Of a DNA stretch of 64,000 nt, positions 41,601 through 51,518 are shown in pieces. Origin of the DNA: Roseibacillus sp. GTDB taxonomy: Bacteria > Verrucomicrobiota > Verrucomicrobiia > Verrucomicrobiales > Akkermansiaceae. Under the pieces are notes generated by a model. That model was given only the letters and a program-made list of their open reading frames with translations, had not been told where the DNA came from and ran no database searches. The stretch spans positions 32,001 to 96,000 of the forward strand of contig CBDEUM010000012.1 of NCBI GenBank assembly GCA_965242925.1, written 5' to 3'. A program made the position numbers and the translations under genes. Position 1 is the stretch's first letter. Each line of letters starts with the position of its first letter.

Positions 41601-41791
41601 GACTCATCCACCGCGAGACAGCGGATGCGATCTACCTCCGCCAGGCCGATCAGCAGGTCATCCGTATTCCCCGCGGCGAGATAAAAACGCTCCTGCGTTC
41701 TCCCGTTTCACTCATGCCAGCCGGACTGGAGGGAATCCTGAGCGACCAGGATCTCGCCGACCTGGTGGCCTACCTGCAGGTCTGCAAATAG
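38618..41791 (+). CDS. PVC-type heme-binding CxxCH protein (propeller + HEAT repeats + cytochrome c)
   Basis: DTDGDGVFD, HPTDIL..DGSL, HEAT repeats, CSLCH..GPNLSRIG...SLMPAGL. Confidence 0.88.
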   Translation: MKALTPGPGTGKRKKLTSLIALTTCGLVLGGTINGAEKNTPFQSPPLELRDGFEITLAAAPPLLKYPMMACLDDKGRLYVAESDGRNLTTRKEIEKERPRFVRRLTDTDGDGVFDQSTIFADRMTMPEGGLWHNGALYIVSAPYLWRLEDTDDDGVADKREKIIGEMEFDGRANQHGPYLGPNGRLYFSGGHFGYQFTGPDGSRTGQSRAGGIFSCRPDGSDVRIDGQGPINPVDIAFTREGEVLSTAAIYDSFGGKRHDALIHWFPRGLTQRLYGQPLLPETGHRVPATIRWGQVAPAGLMRYRGMQFGDDYRDTLFACHFNSNRVRHIRLISDGATFTARDGDFLTSSSRDFHPTDILEDADGSLLLLDTGGWLSWGCPHSKAAKPEVLGAIYRIRRKEGSSPTDPRGAKIQWDQLAATNLAKLLGDPRPAVRDRAQAQLIALGERAFKSLAQLCSPNLTRDADVRRRAVFTISQLSVPGISQQLRSSLEDPSVEVRRAAARSLGELRIGEAVPILAKALTDQDAAVRRVAATALGRIGDREAIGFLFRSLQENSQAAFQHAIRLALIEIGDAKGCLPWLKGPAPHHQATALRVMEQINPKSLELETVVPFLRSALPVLRNEARRIVARRPDWKESVFLLFRELLGEEQQDPSSAQLAEEIMMSFATDEEFHRMLARLLSDQAASESSRHLLLSCLGYLEQLPADTAPAVGSLLESPSRKLRGEAIRLVVNSNSYSGFQKAVEAMAIKPGEHPLIRATALEGIAGHGGSLSNEQFTVAEGLLSDPESAPEVKRQAARALSRLAVRQESPGQAAALVRLVATAAPFHLGLLLKPFQHLDPGQWPNEEFDALGTTLAGALRESPGRKGLSGDQLTALSGRFPPAYPQAHRAFDEFARTNTADSRQREETLARLLKAADQGNASRGRVLFHANRSTCSLCHRIDNRGGTLGPNLSRIGAIRSAKDLLEAIVFPSATVVNGFESYLLADNRGNAHTGLIHRETADAIYLRQADQQVIRIPRGEIKTLLRSPVSLMPAGLEGILSDQDLADLVAYLQVCK

Positions 41792-41838
41792 GAGTGCCCC
41801 CCTCCCTTAAGCCTCCCCGGACAAGTGCAGAATAATCC

Positions 41839-42195
41839 TTAATCGGCTATCCACGTTCCAAGCCAGGGGGTCGCAATCCTGAACAGGGCGATACTGAAGA
41901 CCAGGGAGAGGCCGTAGATGATCAGATACTGAGAAATTCTCTTTTTCCTGTAGCCATGGAAAATCACGAGTGGTCCAACGGCAAAACTCAGAATCATCAG
42001 GACGATGCTGAGGAAGGCAGGAATTCCTCCGAAGAAACCTTTTGGGTCATGCCCGCCCATCGGATCTGCCCACTCCCCCAGTGAAGCGCTTGCACACACA
42101 TAGAACAACAGAGTAACGGTGTAGTGAATCAACGGCGTGCCGCAGAGAAAGAGGGCAGGCCAGCTTGTTGATGGTGTGTCTGCTCGCTCACTCAT
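41839..42195 (-). CDS. Small hypothetical membrane protein
   Basis: Three hydrophobic segments; follows the PQQ-like gene on the same strand. Confidence 0.6.
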   Translation of the reverse strand: MSERADTPSTSWPALFLCGTPLIHYTVTLLFYVCASASLGEWADPMGGHDPKGFFGGIPAFLSIVLMILSFAVGPLVIFHGYRKKRISQYLIIYGLSLVFSIALFRIATPWLGTWIAD

Positions 42196-42206
42196 GGGAC
42201 GGCACG

Positions 42207-43466
42207 TCAGGACCCGATGCAATAGAGCATGGAAAGCGAGCGCGCATAGATCCGTCCCCCGATCGGAGCGAGGCAGGCCCGGAAAATCTCGTCAACCTCC
42301 GCTCCCAGCACATTGGTTCTGATAACCTCGAAGCGCTTGCCGGGCTTGAGCACCACGGTCTTCCCTCCGTAAACGGACTGGATGAGAACCTGTCCGTCCA
42401 CCACAAGTGGTGCCGCGGCATATTCCCCCTTCACTCCAAGATGTTCCTGCCAGTGGATCCTGCCGGTCCCGGCGTCGTAACAGGAAGCCAATCCGGACAT
42501 CGATATGACAATCAGGAAATCGCCCACCACCACGGGGGAGGGCAGGTCCCGTCCACCCCGGCGCGGCGCATGCCACACCATGCGGGATTTGGTGACGTCC
42601 CCGGATCCCCCTGGTTTCACCGCATAGGTGTCGCCTGGTTTGCCGTTAACGACATAAAGGAGCCCGTTCGAAAAGTCCGGAACCGGTGAACCCCGTCCGT
42701 TGAAGCCCCGGCAGAACCAGAGCTCCTTCCCGTTCTTCGGATCATAACTCCGAACCCCGAGTTCTCCATTCAGCACCAGTTCCTTCTTTTCCCCCGTCTC
42801 GATCAGGACCGGTGTACTCCACCCGCCCCGCGGCTTGTCTTCGCGCGCCGTCTGCCACAATGGCTCACCGGTGCTCAGATCGAGCGCCACCAATGATGAT
42901 GCGCCCTCCGCATCACAGTTCTGGATCACCATGTTTCCCACGATGACCGGGGAGGCGGCCACGCCCCACGGCCCCGGAAAGTCGCCAAACTCCCTCGACC
43001 AGAGCTTCTGCCCTTCCAGATCGTAGCAATGCAGGCCGGCCGGACCGAAAAAAGCCACCACCCGCTCGCCATCAGTGGCGCAGGTCGGGGTAGCGTAGCT
43101 ATTCATGCGGTGGGGCTTCTCCGGAGAGGCGCATCCGATGGTCTTGTCCCAGAGGAGCTTTCCGCTCCTACCGTCCAGGCAGTAGAGGTAGCGCTCCCGA
43201 CCGTTATCGGAGGCTCCAGTGAGAAACAATTTTTGGCCCCAGTTCACCGGCGAGGACTGACCCTTCCCTTTCAGGGGAACCTTCCAGAGAACCGACTCGG
43301 CGGACCACTTGAGCGGCACATCCCTGGCAGTGGAGTGCCCTCTCCCGCTTGGACCACGAAACTGGGGCCAGTTCTCCTCGCCCTGCACTTTCGCATGAGG
43401 AAGAACAAACAGGCAAAGGACAAGAACCGGGAAGGAGTGAACTGAGGAATGGTGACTGATTCTCAT
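42207..43466 (-). CDS. PQQ-binding-like (BamB-like) beta-propeller protein
   Basis: ENWPQFRGP, GQSSP, ATPTCATDGE, WSTP repeats. Confidence 0.88.
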   Translation of the reverse strand: MRISHHSSVHSFPVLVLCLFVLPHAKVQGEENWPQFRGPSGRGHSTARDVPLKWSAESVLWKVPLKGKGQSSPVNWGQKLFLTGASDNGRERYLYCLDGRSGKLLWDKTIGCASPEKPHRMNSYATPTCATDGERVVAFFGPAGLHCYDLEGQKLWSREFGDFPGPWGVAASPVIVGNMVIQNCDAEGASSLVALDLSTGEPLWQTAREDKPRGGWSTPVLIETGEKKELVLNGELGVRSYDPKNGKELWFCRGFNGRGSPVPDFSNGLLYVVNGKPGDTYAVKPGGSGDVTKSRMVWHAPRRGGRDLPSPVVVGDFLIVISMSGLASCYDAGTGRIHWQEHLGVKGEYAAAPLVVDGQVLIQSVYGGKTVVLKPGKRFEVIRTNVLGAEVDEIFRACLAPIGGRIYARSLSMLYCIGS

Positions 43467-43639
43467 GGCGCAGTGCTACTGGTTGGTCCGCGAATATTCG
43501 CGTTCTGTCGGGGCAGATTAAAGGGAAAACGACCTGATTCCTGAAATCGCCCCTGTTTTTCCGGTCCTTCATCATCGGCCCTTGCTTGTTCACCCTTCCA
43601 CTGCTCCTCATCCATCAACTCTACCTCCTGCAAGCGCCG

Positions 43640-43928
43640 CTGCTCCCTTTGGCCCTTGCCCAGTCCTCTTTCCTGGTGAGTTGTGCCACCCATGACGCCG
43701 GCAGGCCCGCCACCCGCTTCCAGTCCTCCGGCAAACTCCCTTCCCTCAACCTGTCTTACTGGTCAGCCGACGAGGGATCCGGCCCCGTCAAGGTGCACCT
43801 CAATCGAGGCAGGCAACGGCTCCAGGTGGGACGGAACGGTCAAGGTCGGCACCCCGGTCACCATCGAACGGGGCCACTCCGACCCCTGGATCGTCTGGCC
43901 TGCAGGGCATCCGCTTGCAGGACGATAG
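43640..43928 (+). pseudogene. Probable internally deleted L,D-transpeptidase remnant
   Basis: Lipobox-like FLVSC, then SYWSADEGSGPVKVHLNRGRQRL joined out of frame at about 43835 to VKVGTPVTI; catalytic core absent. Confidence 0.5.
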
Positions 43929-43948
43929 GGCCAGGACAGGCAGCCGGT

Positions 43949-45061
43949 TCAGACCGAAACCCAGCATCCTGCTTCCACCGACTGCGAGGCGGCATCGGTG
44001 AACTTCTGTGCGATCCAGCCGTCTTCCAGGCTGGGGTGTTCATTGGAACCGTCCTCTCCCCTGATAACAGGAGCCAGCGAAGGAAACACCCACCGGGAAA
44101 AACGGTTGCCGAAACCCTCATCCGGTTCGTTGGCAACAACCCGCTTCTCCTGATCGGGAGTCACCAGGATGACCTCCCCCGACCAACGATCGATGCTTAA
44201 GGAGGCCGAGGTCCCGTGTAGTTCCAGTTCCGGGGCCAGGTGCTTGCGCAGGAAGGTCGCATGGGAGAGCAGGTAGGTTCCCACCGCCCCGTTGGCATAA
44301 CGGCAGGACACGCTGGCATAATCAACTGTTTCACCCTGCCTCGAATGCTCCACTTCCTTCGTCCCCTCGTTGCCCCAGTCGATCGCCTCTCCCAAGTTGA
44401 TCTCTCCGAGATCCGCCTTGGAGGGAGTAAGGGTCTCGCCGTGCGCCAGGACACTGGTCGCTTCCGCCCCGATGATCCAACGCACCACGTCGTAGGCATG
44501 GGATCCCACGTCCGCAATCGTCCCCGCCGAGGACAACATGGGATCATCACGCCAGGTCAACGGCATGGCGGCGGGCCGCGGATTCTGCCAACGGAAGACG
44601 GTCGAGACGATCTCTCCCAGTTCGCCCGCGGTCACCATCTCCCGTGCGATCTCAAAGACCCGCACCATCCGCGTCCAAAAGGGCACGAAGTGGGCCAGAG
44701 CCGGGCGGGCATCCCGGTAGAGCCCCCACATCTCCTCTGCTTCCGCGGCGTTCATTCCCACCGGCTTTTCGCAGAGCAGGTGCTTCCCCTGCTCCGCACA
44801 GGCGAGCACGGCTTCGTGGTGCAGGGCATCAGGCGTTCCCACAATCACGAAATTCACCTCGGGGTGCTCAACCACTTCCCGCCAGTCCGGCGTGGCCAAC
44901 TGCGCACCATCCTCCTCTGCCGCCTTGGCCAGGAGATCTTTCCGCCGGGCACAAACCGCTACAATGTCTGCCTCTTCACACTCCCTGATCTCAGCGCGGT
45001 AGGGAGCTCCGATGAATCCGGTCGCACCCAGCACGCCCACCTTGAAGAGAGAATCCGCCAT
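43949..45061 (-). CDS. Gfo/Idh/MocA family oxidoreductase
   Basis: GVLGATGFIG, GTPDALH, LCEKP, DVGSH. Confidence 0.9.
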   Translation of the reverse strand: MADSLFKVGVLGATGFIGAPYRAEIRECEEADIVAVCARRKDLLAKAAEEDGAQLATPDWREVVEHPEVNFVIVGTPDALHHEAVLACAEQGKHLLCEKPVGMNAAEAEEMWGLYRDARPALAHFVPFWTRMVRVFEIAREMVTAGELGEIVSTVFRWQNPRPAAMPLTWRDDPMLSSAGTIADVGSHAYDVVRWIIGAEATSVLAHGETLTPSKADLGEINLGEAIDWGNEGTKEVEHSRQGETVDYASVSCRYANGAVGTYLLSHATFLRKHLAPELELHGTSASLSIDRWSGEVILVTPDQEKRVVANEPDEGFGNRFSRWVFPSLAPVIRGEDGSNEHPSLEDGWIAQKFTDAASQSVEAGCWVSV

Positions 45062-45191
45062 GGCTGATGCCTTTAGCGGTCCAATTTGCCGTGGTCGATC
45101 CTCGATTGTATCCTTGCGCTCCCCGCAGGGGGATTTCTACTACCCTCAATTCCGATCCAAGTCCGACCTGTCCGCCTGAACTTCGAAGGCC

Positions 45192-45935
45192 ATGTTCAAG
45201 ATCCAAGTCCATGTTGCATCTCCCCGGCGGGCTCTCTATCTCGATGCAATTGCCCGGATGCCCGAGGTTGAGCTCGTCGAGGAGGGTGCCGATGCCCTTG
45301 TCACCGACACCGTCGGGGATCCATCTCTTCCCACCCTGCTCGATGCTCCGGAAGAAGGTGACCCCACCCGGTTGTCAAACCTCCAGGGGGCTCCCTTGAT
45401 GCCAGCTCATGAGTGGCGCTTCGCCCCCAATGTGATCCCGGTGCAGGAGAGCAGATCCCAGGGACAACTCGGCGAACCCGGTCTCCTGCGCATCCACTAC
45501 TGGCTGGCACAAAAGAAATGCCCCCGCACCGTGTCCTTCCACCAGATCGATCTCGCCCATTGGTTTTTCTCCTCCCCACCTGACTCGGTATACTGTCATG
45601 CCTGTCAGGATTACCTGCTGATTCATCTCGGCTACCCGGATGGCGGAATGGCACTCATCGATGTCGCCACCGACCGACCGGGCACCACGGATTACCACTC
45701 CATGCACCTGATCGGTTCCGATGGAGCAGCCTATGCGGATGACCACGAAAATACCCATCTCCTCCTTGGAAAAGCGGAAGCGACAGCCCTCATCCAACCG
45801 GTCAATGCCATCCTCACAATCCAGAACATGCTCGAGGAGTTTGTGGCGGGGATTCGTGAAAGCCGTCCCTGGAGCGTGAATCTGCAGGACACCCTCCATG
45901 TTCTCGCAACCCTGAAGGAGGTCTCCCATGCCTGA
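45192..45935 (+). CDS. Gfo/Idh/MocA-like protein with reduced N-terminal NAD-binding domain
   Basis: HEWRFAP..GQLGEPGLLRIH..DLAHWFF C-terminal fold motifs; lacks GxGxxG and EKP. Confidence 0.6.
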   Translation: MFKIQVHVASPRRALYLDAIARMPEVELVEEGADALVTDTVGDPSLPTLLDAPEEGDPTRLSNLQGAPLMPAHEWRFAPNVIPVQESRSQGQLGEPGLLRIHYWLAQKKCPRTVSFHQIDLAHWFFSSPPDSVYCHACQDYLLIHLGYPDGGMALIDVATDRPGTTDYHSMHLIGSDGAAYADDHENTHLLLGKAEATALIQPVNAILTIQNMLEEFVAGIRESRPWSVNLQDTLHVLATLKEVSHA

Positions 45936-47025
45936 ACATGTCTACCGCGCCCTCGTCCTGAGCGTTGTCAAACACGACTACCTGCCCAACGCGGTGGCGT
46001 CCCATCCCCGTTTCCAGTTGGTGGCGGTGGCCGACGACCCCGACTGCCCCGACTGGATTCACGAGCGCAATCAACTCTTCGCGGACCAGCACGGCATTCC
46101 CTACCACCGGGATGTGGAGGCAGCCCTCACCGATTGCGACCTGGTGGTGGTCAGCCCGGAAGCCGAGCGCCACTGTGATCTCGCCCGGCGGGCCGCCCGG
46201 GCCGGCAAGCACATCGTGGTGGACAAACCGCTCTCGCCCAGACTGGCAGAATGCGATGCTCTCGTTGCGGCGGTGGCGGAGAATCAGGTGAAATGCCTCG
46301 TCTGGAACCGGAACTTCCTCCCCTCCCTCGTGAAAACCCGGGCAACGCTGGAAAGCGGAGCCATCGGCACCCTGCAGGCCATCCACTGCGACTTCTATTT
46401 TTCCAAGGACGCTGGACCTCCGAAGGGTTCGCGTGGACCCGACGACCCACCCATCAACTGGCTCGAGCGCCAGTTGGAGGCTCACGCCGATGGCTCGGAC
46501 GGTGGCGTGGGAACCGAGCCCCTCGGTGAACTGCAGATCGAGGGCATCTACCCCCTCGCCTACATCCACATGCTTATCAATTCACCCGTCGAACGCGTCT
46601 TTGCCCGGACCACCGCTCACTTTCACCAGGCCAATGTCGACAACGATGTCGATGACCTTGCCACCGTCACACTGGAAATGGCCAATGGCTGCGTGGGATC
46701 CCTTTCCATCGGTCGGATCGGCGCTGCGGCCCACCCCGACATCGGGGAAATCAAACTGCACCTCCTGGGAAGCGAGGGATCGCTGGTCATCAGCGAGGCC
46801 CGGCCCGAGGTAGCTGTCTACGCCCGCAACCAGCCACCTGCCGAGTTCAGGCACCGGCGGATCGCTGACGAAAACAACTACCTCCTCATGCAGAACTTCG
46901 CTGAGGCCCTCGATCACGATAAAGACACCATTCTCAATGCCCGCGATGCACGGGATATTGCGGCCACCGTGCAGGCCGCCCTTGAGAGCGCCAAATCGGG
47001 AACCGTTATCGAAACTGCCAGATGA
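45928..47025 (+). CDS. Gfo/Idh/MocA family oxidoreductase
   Basis: AGKHIVVDKP, GAIG; overlaps the upstream gene. Confidence 0.85.
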   Translation: MPEHVYRALVLSVVKHDYLPNAVASHPRFQLVAVADDPDCPDWIHERNQLFADQHGIPYHRDVEAALTDCDLVVVSPEAERHCDLARRAARAGKHIVVDKPLSPRLAECDALVAAVAENQVKCLVWNRNFLPSLVKTRATLESGAIGTLQAIHCDFYFSKDAGPPKGSRGPDDPPINWLERQLEAHADGSDGGVGTEPLGELQIEGIYPLAYIHMLINSPVERVFARTTAHFHQANVDNDVDDLATVTLEMANGCVGSLSIGRIGAAAHPDIGEIKLHLLGSEGSLVISEARPEVAVYARNQPPAEFRHRRIADENNYLLMQNFAEALDHDKDTILNARDARDIAATVQAALESAKSGTVIETAR

Positions 47026-47837
47026 CCGCCAACGAACTCAAATCGATCCTGCATGGCGGCGAGCGCGTCGTCCTGGGAACCTGCCTCGTCTCACCCTCGC
47101 CCAAATGGCCACCGGTTTTGCGGAACTGCGATCTCGATTTCGTCTTCATCGACACCGAGCACATCGCCATCAACCGTGAAACGGTTTCCTGGATGTGCCG
47201 CACCTACAGCGCGATGGGAATTCCTCCCCTCGTCCGCATCCCGACCCAGGACCCCGATGACGCCACGGTCGTCCTGGACGACGGCGCTGCCGGCGTCATC
47301 GTGCCCTACGTCGAAAACCCCGAGGTCGTTCGGGCAATGGTGGGCGCAACGAAGCTGCGACCCCTCAAGGGTGAACGTGCCCGCCAAGCCCTCGACGGAG
47401 AGGCCCTCGAACCGGAACTGCGGAGCTACATAGACGACCATAATTCCGATCACATCCTGCTCACCAACATTGAGAGCGTACCGGCCATGGAAAACCTGGA
47501 TCAAATCCTGGAGGAGCAGGGACTCGACTGCGCCCTTATCGGTCCGCACGACCTGTCCACCAGCCTCGGAGTCCCCGAACAATACGACCACCCGAAATTC
47601 CTTGAAGCCTGCGCCTTCATCCTGGGCAAGGCCCGCGCGGCCGGGATCGGCGCCGGCATCCATCACTGGCTCGCTCCAGAAAAGCAGGTCCAGTTCGTCG
47701 AGATGGGTGCCAACCTCCTGATCCACAAGGCCGACGCCATTTTCCTCTCCGAGGGCCTTCAGACACAACTCCGGGAAATCCGGGAACGGCTGGGACAGGA
47801 AGATCAGACCGGGGATGCCGGTCAGGTCACGATCTGA
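47022..47837 (+). CDS. HpcH/HpaI family aldolase
   Basis: DFVFIDTEH, LVRIP, LDDGAAG, IES, IGPHDLS; ATGA coupling. Confidence 0.9.
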   Translation: MTANELKSILHGGERVVLGTCLVSPSPKWPPVLRNCDLDFVFIDTEHIAINRETVSWMCRTYSAMGIPPLVRIPTQDPDDATVVLDDGAAGVIVPYVENPEVVRAMVGATKLRPLKGERARQALDGEALEPELRSYIDDHNSDHILLTNIESVPAMENLDQILEEQGLDCALIGPHDLSTSLGVPEQYDHPKFLEACAFILGKARAAGIGAGIHHWLAPEKQVQFVEMGANLLIHKADAIFLSEGLQTQLREIRERLGQEDQTGDAGQVTI

Positions 47838-47881
47838 AACGGATTCCGGCGCCGCGACAGGATCCTCGTCTACCCCGGAAC

Positions 47882-50800
47882 TCAGTTCCAGACCCGAAGA
47901 CGGGCGAAGAGCCGGGCCCCTGCCGGGTCGGGGGAATCCGCGCGCCAGGTTTCAATCACCAGTCCGTCGTTATTTCCGCTCGGCGTCTGACTCACCAGGA
48001 CTCCTCCCGCCGTCCAGGTCACGAGATCAGAGGAAAACTCGACCGCGTAGTTCAGTTCATCCGCGGCCACCTCCCGGGTGAAGGTCAAGGTGAGAAACGA
48101 CTCCTCGCCGTTGTCCATCGTAAAAATCCCGGCCCCGGCCACCGGCAGAAACTCCTCGGAGGCCACCATGGGATCTCCCCCGAGGAAGAACTCCAGCATG
48201 GTCACCATCCCGTCGTCGTCTCCATCCCCGAAATCCTCGGAAACCTCGTGATGCTCTTTCCAGGCGGCGTAATCCAAGGTGTCATCGTCTCCCGGTGTTC
48301 CTTCAGGATAACGACTGATGCGCCAGTTGGCCGGGTCATTGTGATCCGGCCTGAGAATTTCGTCCACATTCCGGAGCACCAGACTGAATTCACCATCCCC
48401 GCCAGGAGGCCAGGGAAGCTTATCGGCATACTCGTCAATGTCATGAATGGTGGTGCCTGCTCCAAAGGAGAGTTTCAGGCGCTCGCCACTGTTGCGCAGG
48501 TTGTCATTGGGATATTCCCCGGCAATGGGCAGTCCTGCCCCATAACGCACCTCAAAGGCGGCCCGATTCTTAACCACCAGGACGTATTCTCCCGGCTCCA
48601 GCGTCTCCATCCCGCTGCCCCCGAAGTCAAAGTCGATCCCCTTGGTAAAGCGAACGTTGCGCAGGTCGAGGGCGGTGGGTCCGACATTCTTCAGTTCCAG
48701 ATACTCGAACTCGTCCCGGTTGGTGGAAATGAGGCGCTCTTCTCCCACTGGCTCGGGCGGGTGGTACATGAATTCCGAGATGCGCAGGTCACGCAGATGA
48801 TCGGAGATATTGGGCGCAGTGGCCTGGAACTCCACGGGCTGGGACCAATGGCTCCACCGGCCGGCGGCATCCTTCATCCGCACCCGCGCCCGGTAGGTCC
48901 TGCCCACCCTGACCGCCAGGGGAGGAAACTGGTAGGCCCCATCAAAGGCTGCCAACTCCCCCGACTTGAAGCCCCCTCGATCTCGTAGATGTTGGGCCGG
49001 GCAGGATCGTAATCCGCCACCGCCGGATTGTGGACCTCGGCCAAGCGCCACTCCATGGCCGCGAAACGCGACCGACTGGGGCTGGAAAAGGTGCTGCAGT
49101 TGAAGGTCAGTCCGTCCGACGGATAGCCTTCCGGCCCGGTATAGGTGATCGTCGGTTTTCGGGGGACATCGTCCTCCTGGCTCAGAAGCGTCCTGGACAT
49201 CCAGTTCCCCCGCGATGTGATCCATGTCTTCACGACGCGCACCATCCCGGCAAAATCCCTGGTGGAGGAGATATCGTAGTAGCGGTCCTTGTGATTCAGA
49301 CGCGGGTGATTATCCCACATGCGCCGATCGACATCCACGAGGGAGGGCTCTTCCGGGGTGTAGACGAACTTCATGGTCTCATCCACCAGCTTGTAGCCCT
49401 CGTCACGATTGAAGAGCAGGTCGAGAATCTCGCGCACACGGTTCTGGTAGTCGGTATTGAAGGCCGGATTCTGGGCCACCTTCGATTTGAAATCGTGATT
49501 CCCATTGCCATACATGTTGTTGGCGAAGGTGAGATCAAGATCCCAGGGGAGGAGCTCGAATTTGTCGGTCTCCGGGTTGTGGTAGTAGAAATAGTTCTTA
49601 CCGTAGGCGATATCGTAATGGTGAATGGCTTCCACCACCGTGCGATAGCTGAAGTATTTCTCGATGTTGAAATTATCCTGCCACCATTGCGCCGAGGGAT
49701 TCCTGCCGCGGTAACCGCTGATAAACGCGGAAACATCGGAGCGGTTTTTGACCTGGGTGGGGCCCTGGTTGTTGGATTCCCCGCTGTGTCCCTCGATCTT
49801 GTAGAGATTGCCGTCAGGCAGACCGTGCTCGTCCAGAAACTGCCCGTCCAACTGTTCGACGGCGAGGAAGAGCCCATAATAATCTGTCCCATACTGCGAG
49901 CGCTCCGGACGGGACTGGTCAATGACGTAGAACTGCACGTGATGGGTCTTGCTGGCTTCCACTCCGCAGAGCTCAAAGAGACGGAATCCCACTCCCTCGA
50001 AGAGTCCCTGCTCTCCCCGGTGCTGAAAATTCACCTGCTGAACGATGGAGGAGAAATTCAGTTTGCTCCACTTGGTGTCGTACTCGTTTCCGTATTCATC
50101 CCGGGCCTGGAATCGGTGCCCGCGATTGAAATCAAACTTCCAGAAATTCTTGCCGAACTGGAAGCGGTGCACTCCTCCCCGGGGCCGGTAACGGATATGG
50201 TCGTAGACCCTCCCTTCGTAGACAAGCGTCCCGGGCCAGAGATATTCCGATCCTCCGTATCCCCCAAACTGCGATTCGTCCACCCAGGAGGACTTGCTCA
50301 GCAGGAAGTAGGTCGGGATACTGGACATCAGTTCTCCCGGATAAGTCACCGGGGGGTCTCCCTCCCGGATCCCACCCCTCCAGTCGGGGGTCCCATTATA
50401 GACAAAGTAGGCGAAGTTGGATTGCGGATCATCCTCGTAGGGAACCTGCACCGAGCTTCCTCCGGCATCCTCTACCGTGATGCGATAACGTACCAGGTAG
50501 CGGTTCCGGTTCACATTGAAAGGCACGGTCCCGGTATAGACGCCGTCCCCGGCCTCTTCATCGTCGCCCTGGCCATCATCGGTCATGGGCAGATCCACCC
50601 ATCCACGGTCATAGGCCGGATCAAGGTTTGCCGTCCCGTTCTGGCTATACTTGAGGTAACGGCCGAAATAAGCCCCGGCTCTCACCAGCTGGTAGGACAG
50701 CGTCACGGAGTCCACCCCATCCGGATCAGTCACCTGGGCCGTGATCACGACCGGTTCGTTGGAAACCGGTTGCCGGGGAGAGTGGGAGACCTGCCTCGTC

Positions 50801-51366
50801 TGGGGCGGCGCCTCGGTGGAGTAGGTCACATTCCGCAGACCCGGGCTGGGTCGCCCGGATCTCCAACTCCCGCCCAGATCGGTTTCCAGGGCCGGATGAA
50901 TCAACTGGATGGACGGGCTCACTCCTGCCACCAGGTCCCCGACGGTGGGCCAGGGAAACCCCAGACGATAATCCACCTGGCTCACCACCGCACCTTCCGG
51001 ATCCCGCAGGTTCACCGTCTCCCCGCTGTTGCGGAGTCTGCCACTCCACGGCCCGAGCGCTCCACCCCGCCGGAACTTGCTCTCGATGGTCACCGGATCC
51101 TGGGCGATGATCAGATACGCTCCGCTCTCAATCCTGGTGGCCGGCGGAAAGAGGAAATCGACCCCTCCGGATATTTCCCAGCCCTCGAGACTGACTGCAG
51201 ATTCAGTGGGATTGAATACTTCAATAAACTCCGCCGTCACCGTCTTATCGGCCTCGTCGTAGTGAATTTCGTTGATGACGAGCGAAGGCACGTCGAGTTG
51301 AGCGAAGGCACTCTGGACTGCGGTCAGCAGGCCGACGACATAAAGGATACGGCGGACGGATTGCAT
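47882..51366 (-). CDS. Secreted lamin-tail / CotH kinase-family protein (frameshift in C run 48972-48976)
   Basis: VINEIHY..EFIEVFN; KNFWKFDF, KNYFYY, LPWDLDL; ISEFMYHP; C-terminal SSDLVTW..FARLRV. Confidence 0.82.
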
Positions 51367-51518
51367 GGATCGGGGGTATGGGGAAATACAACCTGCCCCG
51401 GCCTCTGCGTCAAAGCAAACCCTGTCACGCATAAAATCCGGCCCGTCGTCCCATGCACTTTTGACTGTAGAAAGATGCATTCCGAGGTTAAAGGAGTGGA
51501 TCCGGAAGCTCTGAATCC

